Shown here: positions 9,573 through 19,219 of the stretch, piece by piece
How the letters are laid out: each line of letters opens with the position of its first letter
How positions within the stretch are numbered: the first letter of the stretch is position 1
From: Crenarchaeota archaeon 13_1_40CM_3_52_17
GTDB lineage: Archaea; Thermoproteota; Bathyarchaeia; 40CM-2-53-6
Direction: 5' to 3'
Assembly: GCA_001918745.1 (NCBI GenBank)
Contig: MNGN01000031.1
Span: forward strand, 33,651 to 97,650
DNA: 64,000 nucleotides
Translations under genes and position numbers: made by a program
The notes under the pieces: model-generated
Told to the model about the DNA's origin: nothing
The model's database searches: none
What the model saw: the letters and a program-made list of their open reading frames with translations, nothing else

Positions 9573-10156
9573 GTGAAGATGAATTCTTTTCCAACTGGCT
9601 ACGTCGTCGATGGCGATTTCCCACGGCTAACCTCTTTGACGAGCTCGAACAAGACTTCGAGTCAATGTTCAAGGACCTGGAGCTTCCAAAGGATCTCATC
9701 AGAGAACGAAAGCTTCCTGATGGCAGCACCGTTAGAGAAATGGGTCCATTCGTCTACGGCTACTCATTCAGCATGGGTCCCGACGGCAAACCGGTAATCA
9801 GAGAGTTCGGCAACGTCAAACCCTCTTTGAAGGGAGGACCATCAGGCGCGGTTAGGCCTCAGCTCGACGTAAAGGAAGATCGAGAGCCCCTAGTAGACAC
9901 AATAGTCAACCCCGACTCAGTGAAAGTCGTCGCCGAGCTCCCGGGTGTCGAGAAATCAGACATCACCCTCGAATGCAACGGACAAAAGCTGACGCTGAAG
10001 GTGGACACGGACAAACGGCGCTACTACAAGGAGCTGGAGCTTCCAGTTGAAGTTGACCCTGACACATCAAAAGCGTCTTACAAGAACGGCGTGCTGGAGC
10101 TATTGCTGACTAGGAAAAAGACTGGGTCAAAGGCCAAGCAGATAGCCATCGACTGA
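9569..10156 (+). CDS. hsp20: Archaeal small heat shock protein Hsp20
   Basis: GPFVYGYS..GPDGKP.IREFGNV, REPLVD, VAELPGVEK, ASYKNGVLE; SD GGAGGTGA at 9554-9561. Confidence 0.95.
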   Translation: MSEDEFFSNWLRRRWRFPTANLFDELEQDFESMFKDLELPKDLIRERKLPDGSTVREMGPFVYGYSFSMGPDGKPVIREFGNVKPSLKGGPSGAVRPQLDVKEDREPLVDTIVNPDSVKVVAELPGVEKSDITLECNGQKLTLKVDTDKRRYYKELELPVEVDPDTSKASYKNGVLELLLTRKKTGSKAKQIAID

Positions 10157-10159
10157 TTT

Positions 10160-10189
10160 TGGGAGTCCCACTCCCACCACCTTTTCTTT
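10160..10189 (+). terminator. Hairpin plus T-rich tract after hsp20
   Basis: TGGGAGT-ccc-ACTCCCA followed by TTTTCTTT. Confidence 0.55.
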
Positions 10190-10290
10190 GAAAGCCGAGA
10201 AATCCAAATCGTCCTTCCGGACGATATTCGAGGCAGAGAATGCTAGACCTGCGCCTAAGTCTTAACCACTGATGATCGCAGTTCAATCGC

Positions 10291-11493
10291 ATGGTTTCAA
10301 GCGAGTTGGTCATCAGCCAGGCGGAGCACAAATCCAGGATAGAGAAAATTCGGGATCAACTGAAGAAGTCGCGGTGCGCCGCACTCTATCTTACGAATCC
10401 CACCCGGATTCTATACGCTACTGGATTTAGCCACATTTCCACAGAGCGACCTCTAGCCTTAGTCATCCCGCAAGAAGGTGCCATCTTCATGATGGGTCCT
10501 CATCTGGAGGAGGATCATGTCAAACAGGACTGTGCCCTCATAGAAGAGTTCTTCAGCTATCCCGATTATCCTGGCATTACTCATCCGATTCTACACTTTG
10601 TGAACGTGCTGACCCGAAAGGGATTGGCAGGATCGAAAATCGCGACGGACTACGTTGACGGAGCGGCTGGAGGCTGGGGCTACCGAGGCCCTTCCCTGCG
10701 AGACTTGCTCCATCAGGCCATGATTGTCGACGGTAAAGATCTGGTTGACACTCTGAGATTGGTAAAATCGAGGCAGGAAATACACCTGTTAAGAGAGAGT
10801 GCTCGATGGGCTGAGAAGGCTCACGACATTCTAATGGAAAACATCGCACCCGGAGAGCATGATGCGCTAATCGGACTGAAGGCGAGCTACAAAGCGTTGA
10901 CAGAAATGATGAAGAAACTTGGGGCTAGGTATCGCCAACTAAAGTGGGGCCTTTCGCCCGTAGTTGTAGGCTGTCGGGGACAGGTCGGACCGGGGTCGGC
11001 TGTGCCACACGCCGTCTTCTCCAAGCGGAGGATCCGGCGAGGGGATGTATTAGTTACTGAGGCGGGTGTCGAGGTCGGAGGATACACCTGCGAGCTCGAA
11101 CGGACGATGATAGTTGGGAAACCCCGGCCGAGAGAGAAGAAATACTTCGAGACCATGCTGAGAGTTCAGGACGCCGCACTAGGAGCGTTTATGCCCGGCG
11201 TTGCTTGTTCCCAGGTCGACGCGATCGCGAGGAAGACGGTTGAAGCGGCGGGTCTGGCGGGCGCTCTTCGTCACCATGTAGGCCACGGCATTGGAATCGA
11301 TGGCCACGAGCCACCCTGGCTAGACCCAGGAGAGAAGACGGTCATGAGACCTGGAATGGTGTTTTCGTGCGAGCCAGGACTTTACGTTCCGGGCCTTGCC
11401 GGGTTCCGACATTCAGACACGGTAATGATTACCAAAGATGGAATGGAATTCATAACTGAGTATCCACGAAGCCTAGAAGATCTGACAGTCTAG
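10291..11493 (+). CDS. M24 (Xaa-Pro peptidase/creatinase) family protein
   Basis: Creatinase-type N-domain, LRLVKS.QE, GHGIG..GHEPP, CEPG.Y, GFRHSDT. Confidence 0.85.
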   Translation: MVSSELVISQAEHKSRIEKIRDQLKKSRCAALYLTNPTRILYATGFSHISTERPLALVIPQEGAIFMMGPHLEEDHVKQDCALIEEFFSYPDYPGITHPILHFVNVLTRKGLAGSKIATDYVDGAAGGWGYRGPSLRDLLHQAMIVDGKDLVDTLRLVKSRQEIHLLRESARWAEKAHDILMENIAPGEHDALIGLKASYKALTEMMKKLGARYRQLKWGLSPVVVGCRGQVGPGSAVPHAVFSKRRIRRGDVLVTEAGVEVGGYTCELERTMIVGKPRPREKKYFETMLRVQDAALGAFMPGVACSQVDAIARKTVEAAGLAGALRHHVGHGIGIDGHEPPWLDPGEKTVMRPGMVFSCEPGLYVPGLAGFRHSDTVMITKDGMEFITEYPRSLEDLTV

Positions 11494-11510
11494 CAGAGCT
11501 GAACCGGATT

Positions 11511-11732
11511 CTACGTCCACAACGCGTTAGGTAGCGCCTTCTCCATTGGGGGAGAAACCGGATGATCGTGGTATGTCTCTCCACAGTGTGGACACTTTAG
11601 ATTTCTTCGCCACATCCGGTAGATCAGTTTGAGCCCAACAAATGTCAAGGTGAAAACGACGATACCCGCGATCGCAGATGCAATTGCAGAGTCCACGTTC
11701 ATTATGAAGATGAAATAATGAATGTCGACCAA
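11511..11732 (-). CDS. Small membrane protein with CPHCG Zn-finger-like motif
   Basis: Hydrophobic helix, then RRNLKCPHCGETYHDH. Confidence 0.5.
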   Translation of the reverse strand: MVDIHYFIFIMNVDSAIASAIAGIVVFTLTFVGLKLIYRMWRRNLKCPHCGETYHDHPVSPPMEKALPNALWT

Positions 11733-11898
11733 TTCAGGGGACCTCGAACACGATACGAGCGAAGTGTGGACGCTTGAGTGGACAAGTTTTGGCGCTCATA
11801 CGCTATAATGCGAAACTTGCGGTATAAACCTACCTCAGAATAGAAGCCGCAAACTGAGGCGGTAGATATCTGTTTATTGAAAAGTATATCGCACCCTC

Positions 11899-11921
11899 AA
11901 AACCCCGAACGTCTTGCGGGG
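11899..11921 (-). terminator. Hairpin plus TTTT after the 63-aa ORF
   Basis: Minus strand CCCCG-N9-CGGGG-TTTT. Confidence 0.45.
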
Positions 11922-11925
11922 AATA

Positions 11926-12117
11926 TTAGGGCTGACTGTTCGGTAGGGTAGTCTGAACAGGTTTCAAGACTTCGTCAGCGTGAGTGATCTTGACCAGCCC
12001 TTTGAGGAGAAGCCGATTCGTTACTTTCGCGCAGACATCACAGTCCTTGCCCGGACAATACCCTTTTAGAAAGTTCTCACATTTCCAGCGATAATTCTCT
12101 ATCTCAACGGTGGACAT
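11926..12117 (-). CDS. Small Cys-rich hypothetical protein
   Basis: ATG start, C-x7-C-x4-C-x2-C, terminator-like hairpin downstream. Confidence 0.55.
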   Translation of the reverse strand: MSTVEIENYRWKCENFLKGYCPGKDCDVCAKVTNRLLLKGLVKITHADEVLKPVQTTLPNSQP

Positions 12118-12200
12118 ACAAACGAGGCCTTTGTTGATTGGCCTTCAGCCTGAAATCGACTAAAGTCTCGCGTAACTTCACGCAAAAGCAGTCGGTAACA

Positions 12201-13360
12201 TCAGGAAGGTCGACTCATTTCCCTATACACCTCTCTTTGTACGATGTACCTCATGATTTCACTGTACCTCCTCCAATCGTCATGAACCGGGCATCCCTGA
12301 AGTAACGCTCAACGGGCAATTCTTTTGTGTAGCCATACCTCCGTGGACTTGCAAAGACTCGTGCGCCACCTCGAAGGCAGTTCCGGATCGCGTAAAGCTT
12401 AGCAACCGCACCCGCCTTTCTGGCTCCCTCTCCTCGACCGAGAACTCGGCCAGCATGAAGAATGAGGAGTCGAGAAGCCTCGAGCTTGACAGCCATGTCG
12501 GCTATCTTGAAGCTCACGCCCTCAAAATGTCGAATTGGACGGCCAAACTGCTCTCTCGTCGACAAGTAGTAAACAGCAGCCTCAAATGAGGAGCGAGCGA
12601 TCCCCATCATTCCAGCAGCCACGGCAGGACGTTCCCGGTCGAGCTCATCTAAGATGATCGGGAAACCATGGTTCAGATCGCCCACGAGATTTTCTCCTGG
12701 GACACTGACCCGGCGAAACCGCAGATGGACGACAATGGCGCCTCTCATTCCTAGAAGACCGTACGCCTTCACGACGTCGAGACCCTTCGAATTCCGCGGA
12801 ATCACGAAGGCGCCGAGCCAGACCGAGGAGGTCTACTGGGATCAGTAACCGTGAACAGAAAGATATAGTCCGCAACACCCCCCGTTTGTTATGAATCGTT
12901 TTTTTTCTGTCAAGAATGAAGTCTCTGCCATCGCGCTGTGCACGGGTCTTGATGGACCCTGCGTCGGATCCGGCCTGAGGCTCTGTAAGAGCGAGAGCGC
13001 CTACCTTCTCTCCTGAAAGGACCGGGCGTAGGAAGTCTTTCTTCTGGACCTTATTTCCGAGATATGCAAGCGGCGCCGCGTACAACGCGGCAGACGCTAG
13101 TCTAGCCGCTTCCGCAGTAGCACTGACAGCCGAAACCTCTTCGGCCACAATCGTCTCACGAGCCCAGCCCAGGCCAAGACCCCCATCAGATCTTGAGAAA
13201 GGGGCGCCTAGTAACCTATTTCTCCCGAGGGTGCGAAGAAACCGCTGGGGAAAAACTCCCCGGCTTCTATCTGAGGTGCCAATGGCTTGAGGTGCTTTTG
13301 GACAAACGCCCTCACTATGCGCTGGAGGCTCGGCTCCTGCCTGGTCAGAGCTAGGCTCAT
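12201..13360 (-). pseudogene. Acyl-CoA dehydrogenase pseudogene (multiple frameshifts)
   Basis: ALTEPQAGSDA, RFITNGG, REQFGRPI, GYTKELPVERYFRDAR and GT/SEIMR motifs spread over different frames. Confidence 0.9.
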
Positions 13361-13418
13361 CACGAAATCCGTCCGACTGTGGGGTGTTTAAGCTAGCGAG
13401 GGGATTGTCAGTAGGAGT

Positions 13419-15002
13419 CTACGCATATTGGGTCGGTGCGACGACGATCGACTTGGGCTTAACAGCCACTGCTATGGCCTCCCGGAATACTGGCCTATAG
13501 GCGATTCCATATAGGATGAGTCCGTCCTTCCCCTCGTAGTCCAGCCTTCTAATTACACCTTCCAATCGGACCCCTGGTTTCAAGTCGGCGATATCCGCGT
13601 CAACGAACAGCACTTTATCATTTTCGAGGAGTTCGAAGTTTGAGGTCCATCTCTTCTTGAACGGAAGCTTTGCGACGTTTTTCAGCTTCGCAAATCTTGG
13701 AAAACGTTTCTTCTCCATCGGTCCCGGACAGTCCGAGGCGAGACAGGTCTCTCTTGCGGGATAGTAGATCCTGTTGCAACCTTTGCAGAGGGAGAGCGAG
13801 AAGTGGCTTCCGTTGACCGGTTCAATCTCGCCGACCATTCGCGGAATCTCCAATCTTCGCTTAATTCTAGAGAGTCGTTCGCGGATCAAGTCGTGGTAAG
13901 TGTCTATTCTGATCTCGGATTTCCGTTCGACATAGTCCATTACGGTGGGAGCTCGTCCTCTCTTCTCCTCGATTCCATCTTGTACCTCAAACCAAGTTGC
14001 GTTTGAATAGGCTCCGGAGCCGTAGGACACGGCCAGAACCTGGTCTCCCGGTTTTGCCTTGTCGAAAAGTGACGCGAGGGATATCATCGTAGAGGCAGCG
14101 TACGTATTTCCGGTATCCAACACTCTGAGCCATGGCTTGATTTTCTTCTCAATGTCTTGCTCTGTGAGCCTCATCCGTTTAGAAATCGAGGAATCGCTAA
14201 CATAGGGAATCTCGTCCATTGTCAGCGCATTGCACGTCTTCATCGGAAGATAACCCGATGGCTGGTGAAATGTTATCCAGTCAAAGTCCGACAAAGAGAG
14301 ATCGGGATGCTTACGGAATAGGTTGGCGATCGCACCGATGATATGTGATTTGTAAGCTTCAACAGTCGTCCTACCGAAGTGTTTGGGGACAGCGGATTCC
14401 TCGCGTCTCCAAAAGTCCATGTAGAGGCTTGAATACGGCGCAATGTCCTCGATACTCGCGATAAGATCACTCTTCCCCAATACAAAAGCTCCGGCACCCG
14501 CTCCAGCCGAGTATTCCAGAGGGTCCCCGCGTTCCGCCTGAGCAACATCCGACCCGATCGCGAGACCATATTTTATTCGCCCGCTACGAATCTCGGCATC
14601 AATGAAGCCGACACCCTGCATTCCGGAATTGCACGCACCTTCAAGGTCGGCAATGAATACGTTCTCTCCAACACCGACAAAGGATCCGACGTGTCGCGCA
14701 ATAGTTCCGACCGCATATGGCTTAGACTCCGAACCGGCGGTAACGGCTCCGATTTCTCCAGGAGAAATCCCGGCCATGCGTATGGCATTCTCCGCCGCCT
14801 CGGTGGCGATCGTCATCGTGTCCTCAGTGTGGCCCGCCACAGCCTTTTCACGCAGAAGAAGCCCATGTCTAACCTTGTCCAGAACCTTTTCAAGTTCTTT
14901 CCCCCGCTTCTTCTCTCGCTCCCTGACAATCTTCGCTGTCTCAATCCGTTCTCGGGGAATGTAAACCCCATAACCAACAATTCCAACTTTACTGTGAATC
15001 AT
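13419..15002 (-). CDS. Hydroxymethylglutaryl-CoA synthase fused to a C-terminal DUF35 (Zn-ribbon/OB) domain
   Basis: GSESKPYA, GAC, FHQP, GNTYA, SYGSGA; tail CKGC...YYP.R..C....C and VIRRL...GLILYGIAYRP. Confidence 0.9.
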   Translation of the reverse strand: MIHSKVGIVGYGVYIPRERIETAKIVREREKKRGKELEKVLDKVRHGLLLREKAVAGHTEDTMTIATEAAENAIRMAGISPGEIGAVTAGSESKPYAVGTIARHVGSFVGVGENVFIADLEGACNSGMQGVGFIDAEIRSGRIKYGLAIGSDVAQAERGDPLEYSAGAGAGAFVLGKSDLIASIEDIAPYSSLYMDFWRREESAVPKHFGRTTVEAYKSHIIGAIANLFRKHPDLSLSDFDWITFHQPSGYLPMKTCNALTMDEIPYVSDSSISKRMRLTEQDIEKKIKPWLRVLDTGNTYAASTMISLASLFDKAKPGDQVLAVSYGSGAYSNATWFEVQDGIEEKRGRAPTVMDYVERKSEIRIDTYHDLIRERLSRIKRRLEIPRMVGEIEPVNGSHFSLSLCKGCNRIYYPARETCLASDCPGPMEKKRFPRFAKLKNVAKLPFKKRWTSNFELLENDKVLFVDADIADLKPGVRLEGVIRRLDYEGKDGLILYGIAYRPVFREAIAVAVKPKSIVVAPTQYA

Positions 15003-15261
15003 TAGAAGACCTTCGGCAACACTCGATATGTGAAGAGCTTTTTCTCAGCCAACACGGTATTTAAGACTACGTTGAATACGCTTTTACGGCACGAGTCGAA
15101 CAAATCCCTAGCTACGAGCAAAAGACGATTCTTCCGTCCCACGGCACAGGTCAGCAGTTTCTTCAATCCTTCTGAAACTCGGAGAGTACTCACTTGGTTA
15201 CAGTCTGTTTTTGGCGCTAGAGACCAGCCCGGTTCACTAATAGCTTCTCGAAGGACCACAG

Positions 15262-17016
15262 ATGGTATTCCGCTCTACAACGAGCACATTTCTGGCACTG
15301 ATAATTCTATCCTTCTCAGCAGGAGCAATAAATGGCCCTCACAGCGATGTGAAAAGCGGGCTCATCCCGAATCATTTACCCCTTGCAGCGGTGAATGGAC
15401 CTCAGCGAACCATAGTAGTTACTGTTCAGTTTCCAGACAAGGGAAACGGTACTTCCCCTACTCAGATTCTGACGATGCTCTCTAACTTGAACAGCTTTTA
15501 CAACGAAGACTCGTACGGAACCATTTCATTTCAGACGGGCATGACGCCAGCAGTCACTTCTAAATGGTACACTTTGCCGAACTCACTGGCGTACTATGGA
15601 GCAGATACCGTTTCGAGTGACAGCCAACTAGTATCTGACTCGCTACAAGCAGCATACAACGCAGGAGTCGACCTCGCTAGCTACAAGTTTGCAATCGTAG
15701 TTCACTCAGGCAACGACGAGGCGATGACCCATGTGACTGCTGACATTCATTCATTCACCATTCCTGGTTATGTTTTCAATCCGGCTCCCTTAATATCATA
15801 CAAGATTTCCACCTCCGTGGTAGCTGAATCTGACACGACGGGGGTTTTCTGTCACGAGTCAGGCCACCTTCTGGGACTTCCCGACCTTTACGATTTGACC
15901 GGTCAAATAGACCCGTCGAATAACTTCCTGGGATATTGGGAAATAATGGCATTGGGAGAATGGAACCCGAACACTGGTAACCCACTCCAGCCCAAACCCG
16001 GTACCTATCCATCTCACCACTCGATATGGTCCAAAATACAGCTGGGCTTTGTTCCAAGCTCAAGAGTCACCGTCGTTCAACCAGGTCAAAGCGCCAATAT
16101 CACCCTAAAGAACTTAGAATCTCCAACCACTGGCAACCAATCCGTAAAGATCCCAATTGCCGCCAACCAAGATGGCTCGCTGACCTACTATCTTGTGGAG
16201 ATGAGGGCAAAGATAGGGACATATGACCAGTACCTACCTTTTCCCTCAGATTATCCGGGAGCAGGCATTCTAGTCTACAAAGTAAACGAGAGTATCGCTG
16301 CAGGACATGGAAGCGTCCGCCTGATAGATGCACATCCAGGCGGAGATCTTAGCGACGCGCCATTTGGACCATGCAATTCACCGTGCGTTAGTGAGAACAC
16401 GTTCTCAGACCAGGCGAACTTCGTAAAGGTTATCGTGACAACGACCAGCCCAACCTCTTATTCAGTTCTGGTTGATCGAACAAGCGCACCAAGGCTTCTT
16501 TTGCAAATCAACACTCCCTCACAAGGCATTAGCATCACCATCGACGGTGCCAATTGGACCTCGGACGCTTCAAACCAGTTGAGGCTCCCGGTGCGATATG
16601 GTCCCCACACCATTTTCATACAGCCGCAAATTCCAGTGTCAATCGGGTCCACTACCATTCAGCTCGGACTCACAAATAGCTTCGCCGCATGGGACGACGG
16701 AAGCACGTCCAACCCACGATGGGTCTCAATTGTCAAAGATAGCGTTCTAACCGCCAGTTATCGAGTGGTAATAGAGCCCTCGTTCGCTACGGCGATTACG
16801 GCAGCGACGATCCTTGGATTCGTTGTACTCGCAGTAACGTTTCATCGGAGACGCCATCAGGCTCTCGGCAAAGATGGAGGTTTGCCCACCTACTCTTCGC
16901 CGGAACCAGTACTGACTCAGCTGGGCAATCCGTTGTCCCCCATGGGGTCATTCCCAGGGAATGATGCTCTTTCTGGAGTACCCGTAGATAACAACAACGA
17001 GCCCAAGGGCTCCTAA
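15262..17016 (+). CDS. Secreted, membrane-anchored M6 family (immune inhibitor A-like) metalloprotease
   Basis: Signal peptide, VVHSG, HESGHLLGLPDLYD, WEIMALG, YYLVE.R, C-terminal TM. Confidence 0.88.
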   Translation: MVFRSTTSTFLALIILSFSAGAINGPHSDVKSGLIPNHLPLAAVNGPQRTIVVTVQFPDKGNGTSPTQILTMLSNLNSFYNEDSYGTISFQTGMTPAVTSKWYTLPNSLAYYGADTVSSDSQLVSDSLQAAYNAGVDLASYKFAIVVHSGNDEAMTHVTADIHSFTIPGYVFNPAPLISYKISTSVVAESDTTGVFCHESGHLLGLPDLYDLTGQIDPSNNFLGYWEIMALGEWNPNTGNPLQPKPGTYPSHHSIWSKIQLGFVPSSRVTVVQPGQSANITLKNLESPTTGNQSVKIPIAANQDGSLTYYLVEMRAKIGTYDQYLPFPSDYPGAGILVYKVNESIAAGHGSVRLIDAHPGGDLSDAPFGPCNSPCVSENTFSDQANFVKVIVTTTSPTSYSVLVDRTSAPRLLLQINTPSQGISITIDGANWTSDASNQLRLPVRYGPHTIFIQPQIPVSIGSTTIQLGLTNSFAAWDDGSTSNPRWVSIVKDSVLTASYRVVIEPSFATAITAATILGFVVLAVTFHRRRHQALGKDGGLPTYSSPEPVLTQLGNPLSPMGSFPGNDALSGVPVDNNNEPKGS

Positions 17017-17505
17017 CCCGAGACCCACAGTATTCGCACTTCCATCCCGGGCTATCAAGACCTTCTCCGTGCTTCCCAAGACTCGGGCCGAAATGTTAAC
17101 AGTTTTCGATGGTTGAGAACCCTGGTTGTCGAACACGAAGCAGTATGTCCCTGCCGCCCTAAGTGGAATATTGAACGACTTATTTCCCACCGTTTGGTCC
17201 ACGAGAACGGTTGGAGGGTGAAGCGACGGAGAACATGACTGAGAGTTGTTCATGGCTAAGAGTTCGAAATGGATCGTTGAAGCGCCTGCACCAGGTTCGA
17301 AAACTGTAACGTTTGCCCGCAACTCGTTGTTCATGCCGGAAAATGCGGTAATGTTCCTTGGCTGTTCAACTAGAGTACCTGCCTGAATCGGAAACCCGTT
17401 TTGAACCCAAACGTTCTGTTCGCTAACCACGGGAGTCGTGTGCACAGCTGGGATTGAAGCATAAGCGACGAGCCCGACTACTAACAAAGCTAGCCCGAGA
17501 ACCAC
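16948..17505 (-). CDS. Membrane protein with GOLD-like (emp24/p24-type) beta-sandwich
   Basis: N- and C-terminal TM helices; GTYCFVFDN...KTV motif. Confidence 0.6.
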   Translation of the reverse strand: MVLGLALLVVGLVAYASIPAVHTTPVVSEQNVWVQNGFPIQAGTLVEQPRNITAFSGMNNELRANVTVFEPGAGASTIHFELLAMNNSQSCSPSLHPPTVLVDQTVGNKSFNIPLRAAGTYCFVFDNQGSQPSKTVNISARVLGSTEKVLIARDGSANTVGLGLGALGLVVVIYGYSRKSIIPWE

Positions 17506-17522
17506 GAGTTTGAATTGCGTGA

Positions 17523-18341
17523 CTAGCGATCCTCCATGTTTCGCAGTCCCTGAAACTCTTTGAGTCCACTCAACCGATGTCGCATTATGCTCGCTTCCAG
17601 CTCGGATTGCAACAAAGAAAAGATATCTTTGTGAATGCTCACGAAGTTGGAGGCGGTCGGGCTTCTCGGGCGAAGCAACTCGATTGGTACTATGCTCTTA
17701 ACTCTAGCGGGACGTGCCGAGAGAACCAAGATCCTGTCAGCGAGTTCGATTGCCTCGGGAAGGTTGTGGGTGACGAGAAGGAAGGTCTTCTGAGTTTCAG
17801 CGTGAATCTCTGCAACCTCTTCCCTGAGGGCTTCTGCTGTGAACTCGTCAATAGCGCTGAAGGCCTCGTCCATTAAGACCACCTCTGGGTCTATGGCGAG
17901 GGCTCTGGCTATTCCGACCCGTTGCTTCATTCCGCCGGATAGCTGTTTCGGATAGAGTTTCTCGCTGTCTTTGAGACCCACCATTCCGAGAAGCTCTCTA
18001 GCCGTATTTTCCCTCTCGCGTTTCGGGACTTTCTGGACCTCAAGGCCGAAGGCGACGTTGTCTAGGACCGTTCGCCAAGGAAGTAGAGCAAAGCTCTGAA
18101 AGACCATGCTGATCTTGGGGTGGGGAGCAGTAAGCAGGTCCCCTTTGAAGCGTATTTCCCCCGAGGATGGCCTATCCAGTCCTGCAATCATTCTTAGAAG
18201 GGTGGATTTCCCGCAACCGCTTGGCCCAACGATACAGACGAACTCTCCCTCGTGAATCTGAAAAGAGATGTCGTTAAGCGCCGTCACGGTTTGTGGTGGT
18301 TCGGAATACACCTTTGTGACATTCGAGAATTCAACATGCAT
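17523..18341 (-). CDS. ABC transporter ATP-binding protein, NitT/TauT family
   Basis: GPSGCGKST, LLPWRTV..N, LSGGMKQR, MDEAF, ILVLSARPA. Confidence 0.93.
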   Translation of the reverse strand: MHVEFSNVTKVYSEPPQTVTALNDISFQIHEGEFVCIVGPSGCGKSTLLRMIAGLDRPSSGEIRFKGDLLTAPHPKISMVFQSFALLPWRTVLDNVAFGLEVQKVPKRERENTARELLGMVGLKDSEKLYPKQLSGGMKQRVGIARALAIDPEVVLMDEAFSAIDEFTAEALREEVAEIHAETQKTFLLVTHNLPEAIELADRILVLSARPARVKSIVPIELLRPRSPTASNFVSIHKDIFSLLQSELEASIMRHRLSGLKEFQGLRNMEDR

Positions 18342-18349
18342 TCAGTTGG

Positions 18350-19219
18350 CTACCGCCATCTCTTGATTCGTTGTTCTAGCCTTTCGAAGAATGCTCGATC
18401 TAGAAGGATAGTTAGAAACCCGACCGTCATGATTGCAGCTAGACCGTAGGTCATTGAGTGCGCTGACCCCTGAATACTGTTTGAGATGAAACTTCCGACC
18501 CCTGCAACGCTTGCGATGATTTCCACAGCGAGGAGCACGTTCCAACTGAACTCGAATGAGAGTCTTAGTCCAGTTAGGAAGTTCGGAAAGATTGAGGGTA
18601 GGACGATTTTCGAGAAGGTGTCGAGTCTCCCCGCTTTGAACACGGAAGCAACGTGGAAGTAGTCTATAGGAATCTCCTTGACTCCTTGCCTAATTGTGAA
18701 GTAGATCGGAAAAAAAGCGCTGAAGGCCGAGATGGCTACTGCCGCTACATTACCTCGGCCAATCACGGTAACTAGGAGAGTTAGTATCGCTAGATCGGGC
18801 AAAGCGCCTACGAGCATAATGATCGGAGTTATTGCCTCGTCCAACTGGTTTCTCAGGCCTACTAGCAATGCTAGGGGCATGACCACCACTAGGGCAAGAG
18901 AAACTCCTGCTGCTACGTTGACGAAGCTTTGGCTGACGCGAGCGAGGAAGAATGGGGTTCCCCCGAGTTGGACGAGTGTGAGAAGAACACTATGAAGAGG
19001 CGGAAGTTGATCACTGGAAACCACTCCCGTCAATGCTACGGCCTCCCAAATAGCGAAGATCGCAACTAGCGTGATCATCCACGGGGGGAGTCGGGCTTTG
19101 TTCCGGCTTGTGTCCCGAACTCGATGGAAGACCTTGGGACTGAATGGCCAGAATCGCAGCTCGATACACCGGGAGTCGCAAAGTGCCCTCCCAGAACTAA
19201 TTAGGTTTGGACGCCACAC
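18350..19219 (-). CDS. ABC transporter permease, NitT/TauT family (true start probably further downstream, near 19161)
   Basis: WE...LPP, multiple TM helices, degenerate EAA loop, LP...P...TGLR. Confidence 0.88.
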   Translation of the reverse strand: MWRPNLISSGRALCDSRCIELRFWPFSPKVFHRVRDTSRNKARLPPWMITLVAIFAIWEAVALTGVVSSDQLPPLHSVLLTLVQLGGTPFFLARVSQSFVNVAAGVSLALVVVMPLALLVGLRNQLDEAITPIIMLVGALPDLAILTLLVTVIGRGNVAAVAISAFSAFFPIYFTIRQGVKEIPIDYFHVASVFKAGRLDTFSKIVLPSIFPNFLTGLRLSFEFSWNVLLAVEIIASVAGVGSFISNSIQGSAHSMTYGLAAIMTVGFLTILLDRAFFERLEQRIKRWR

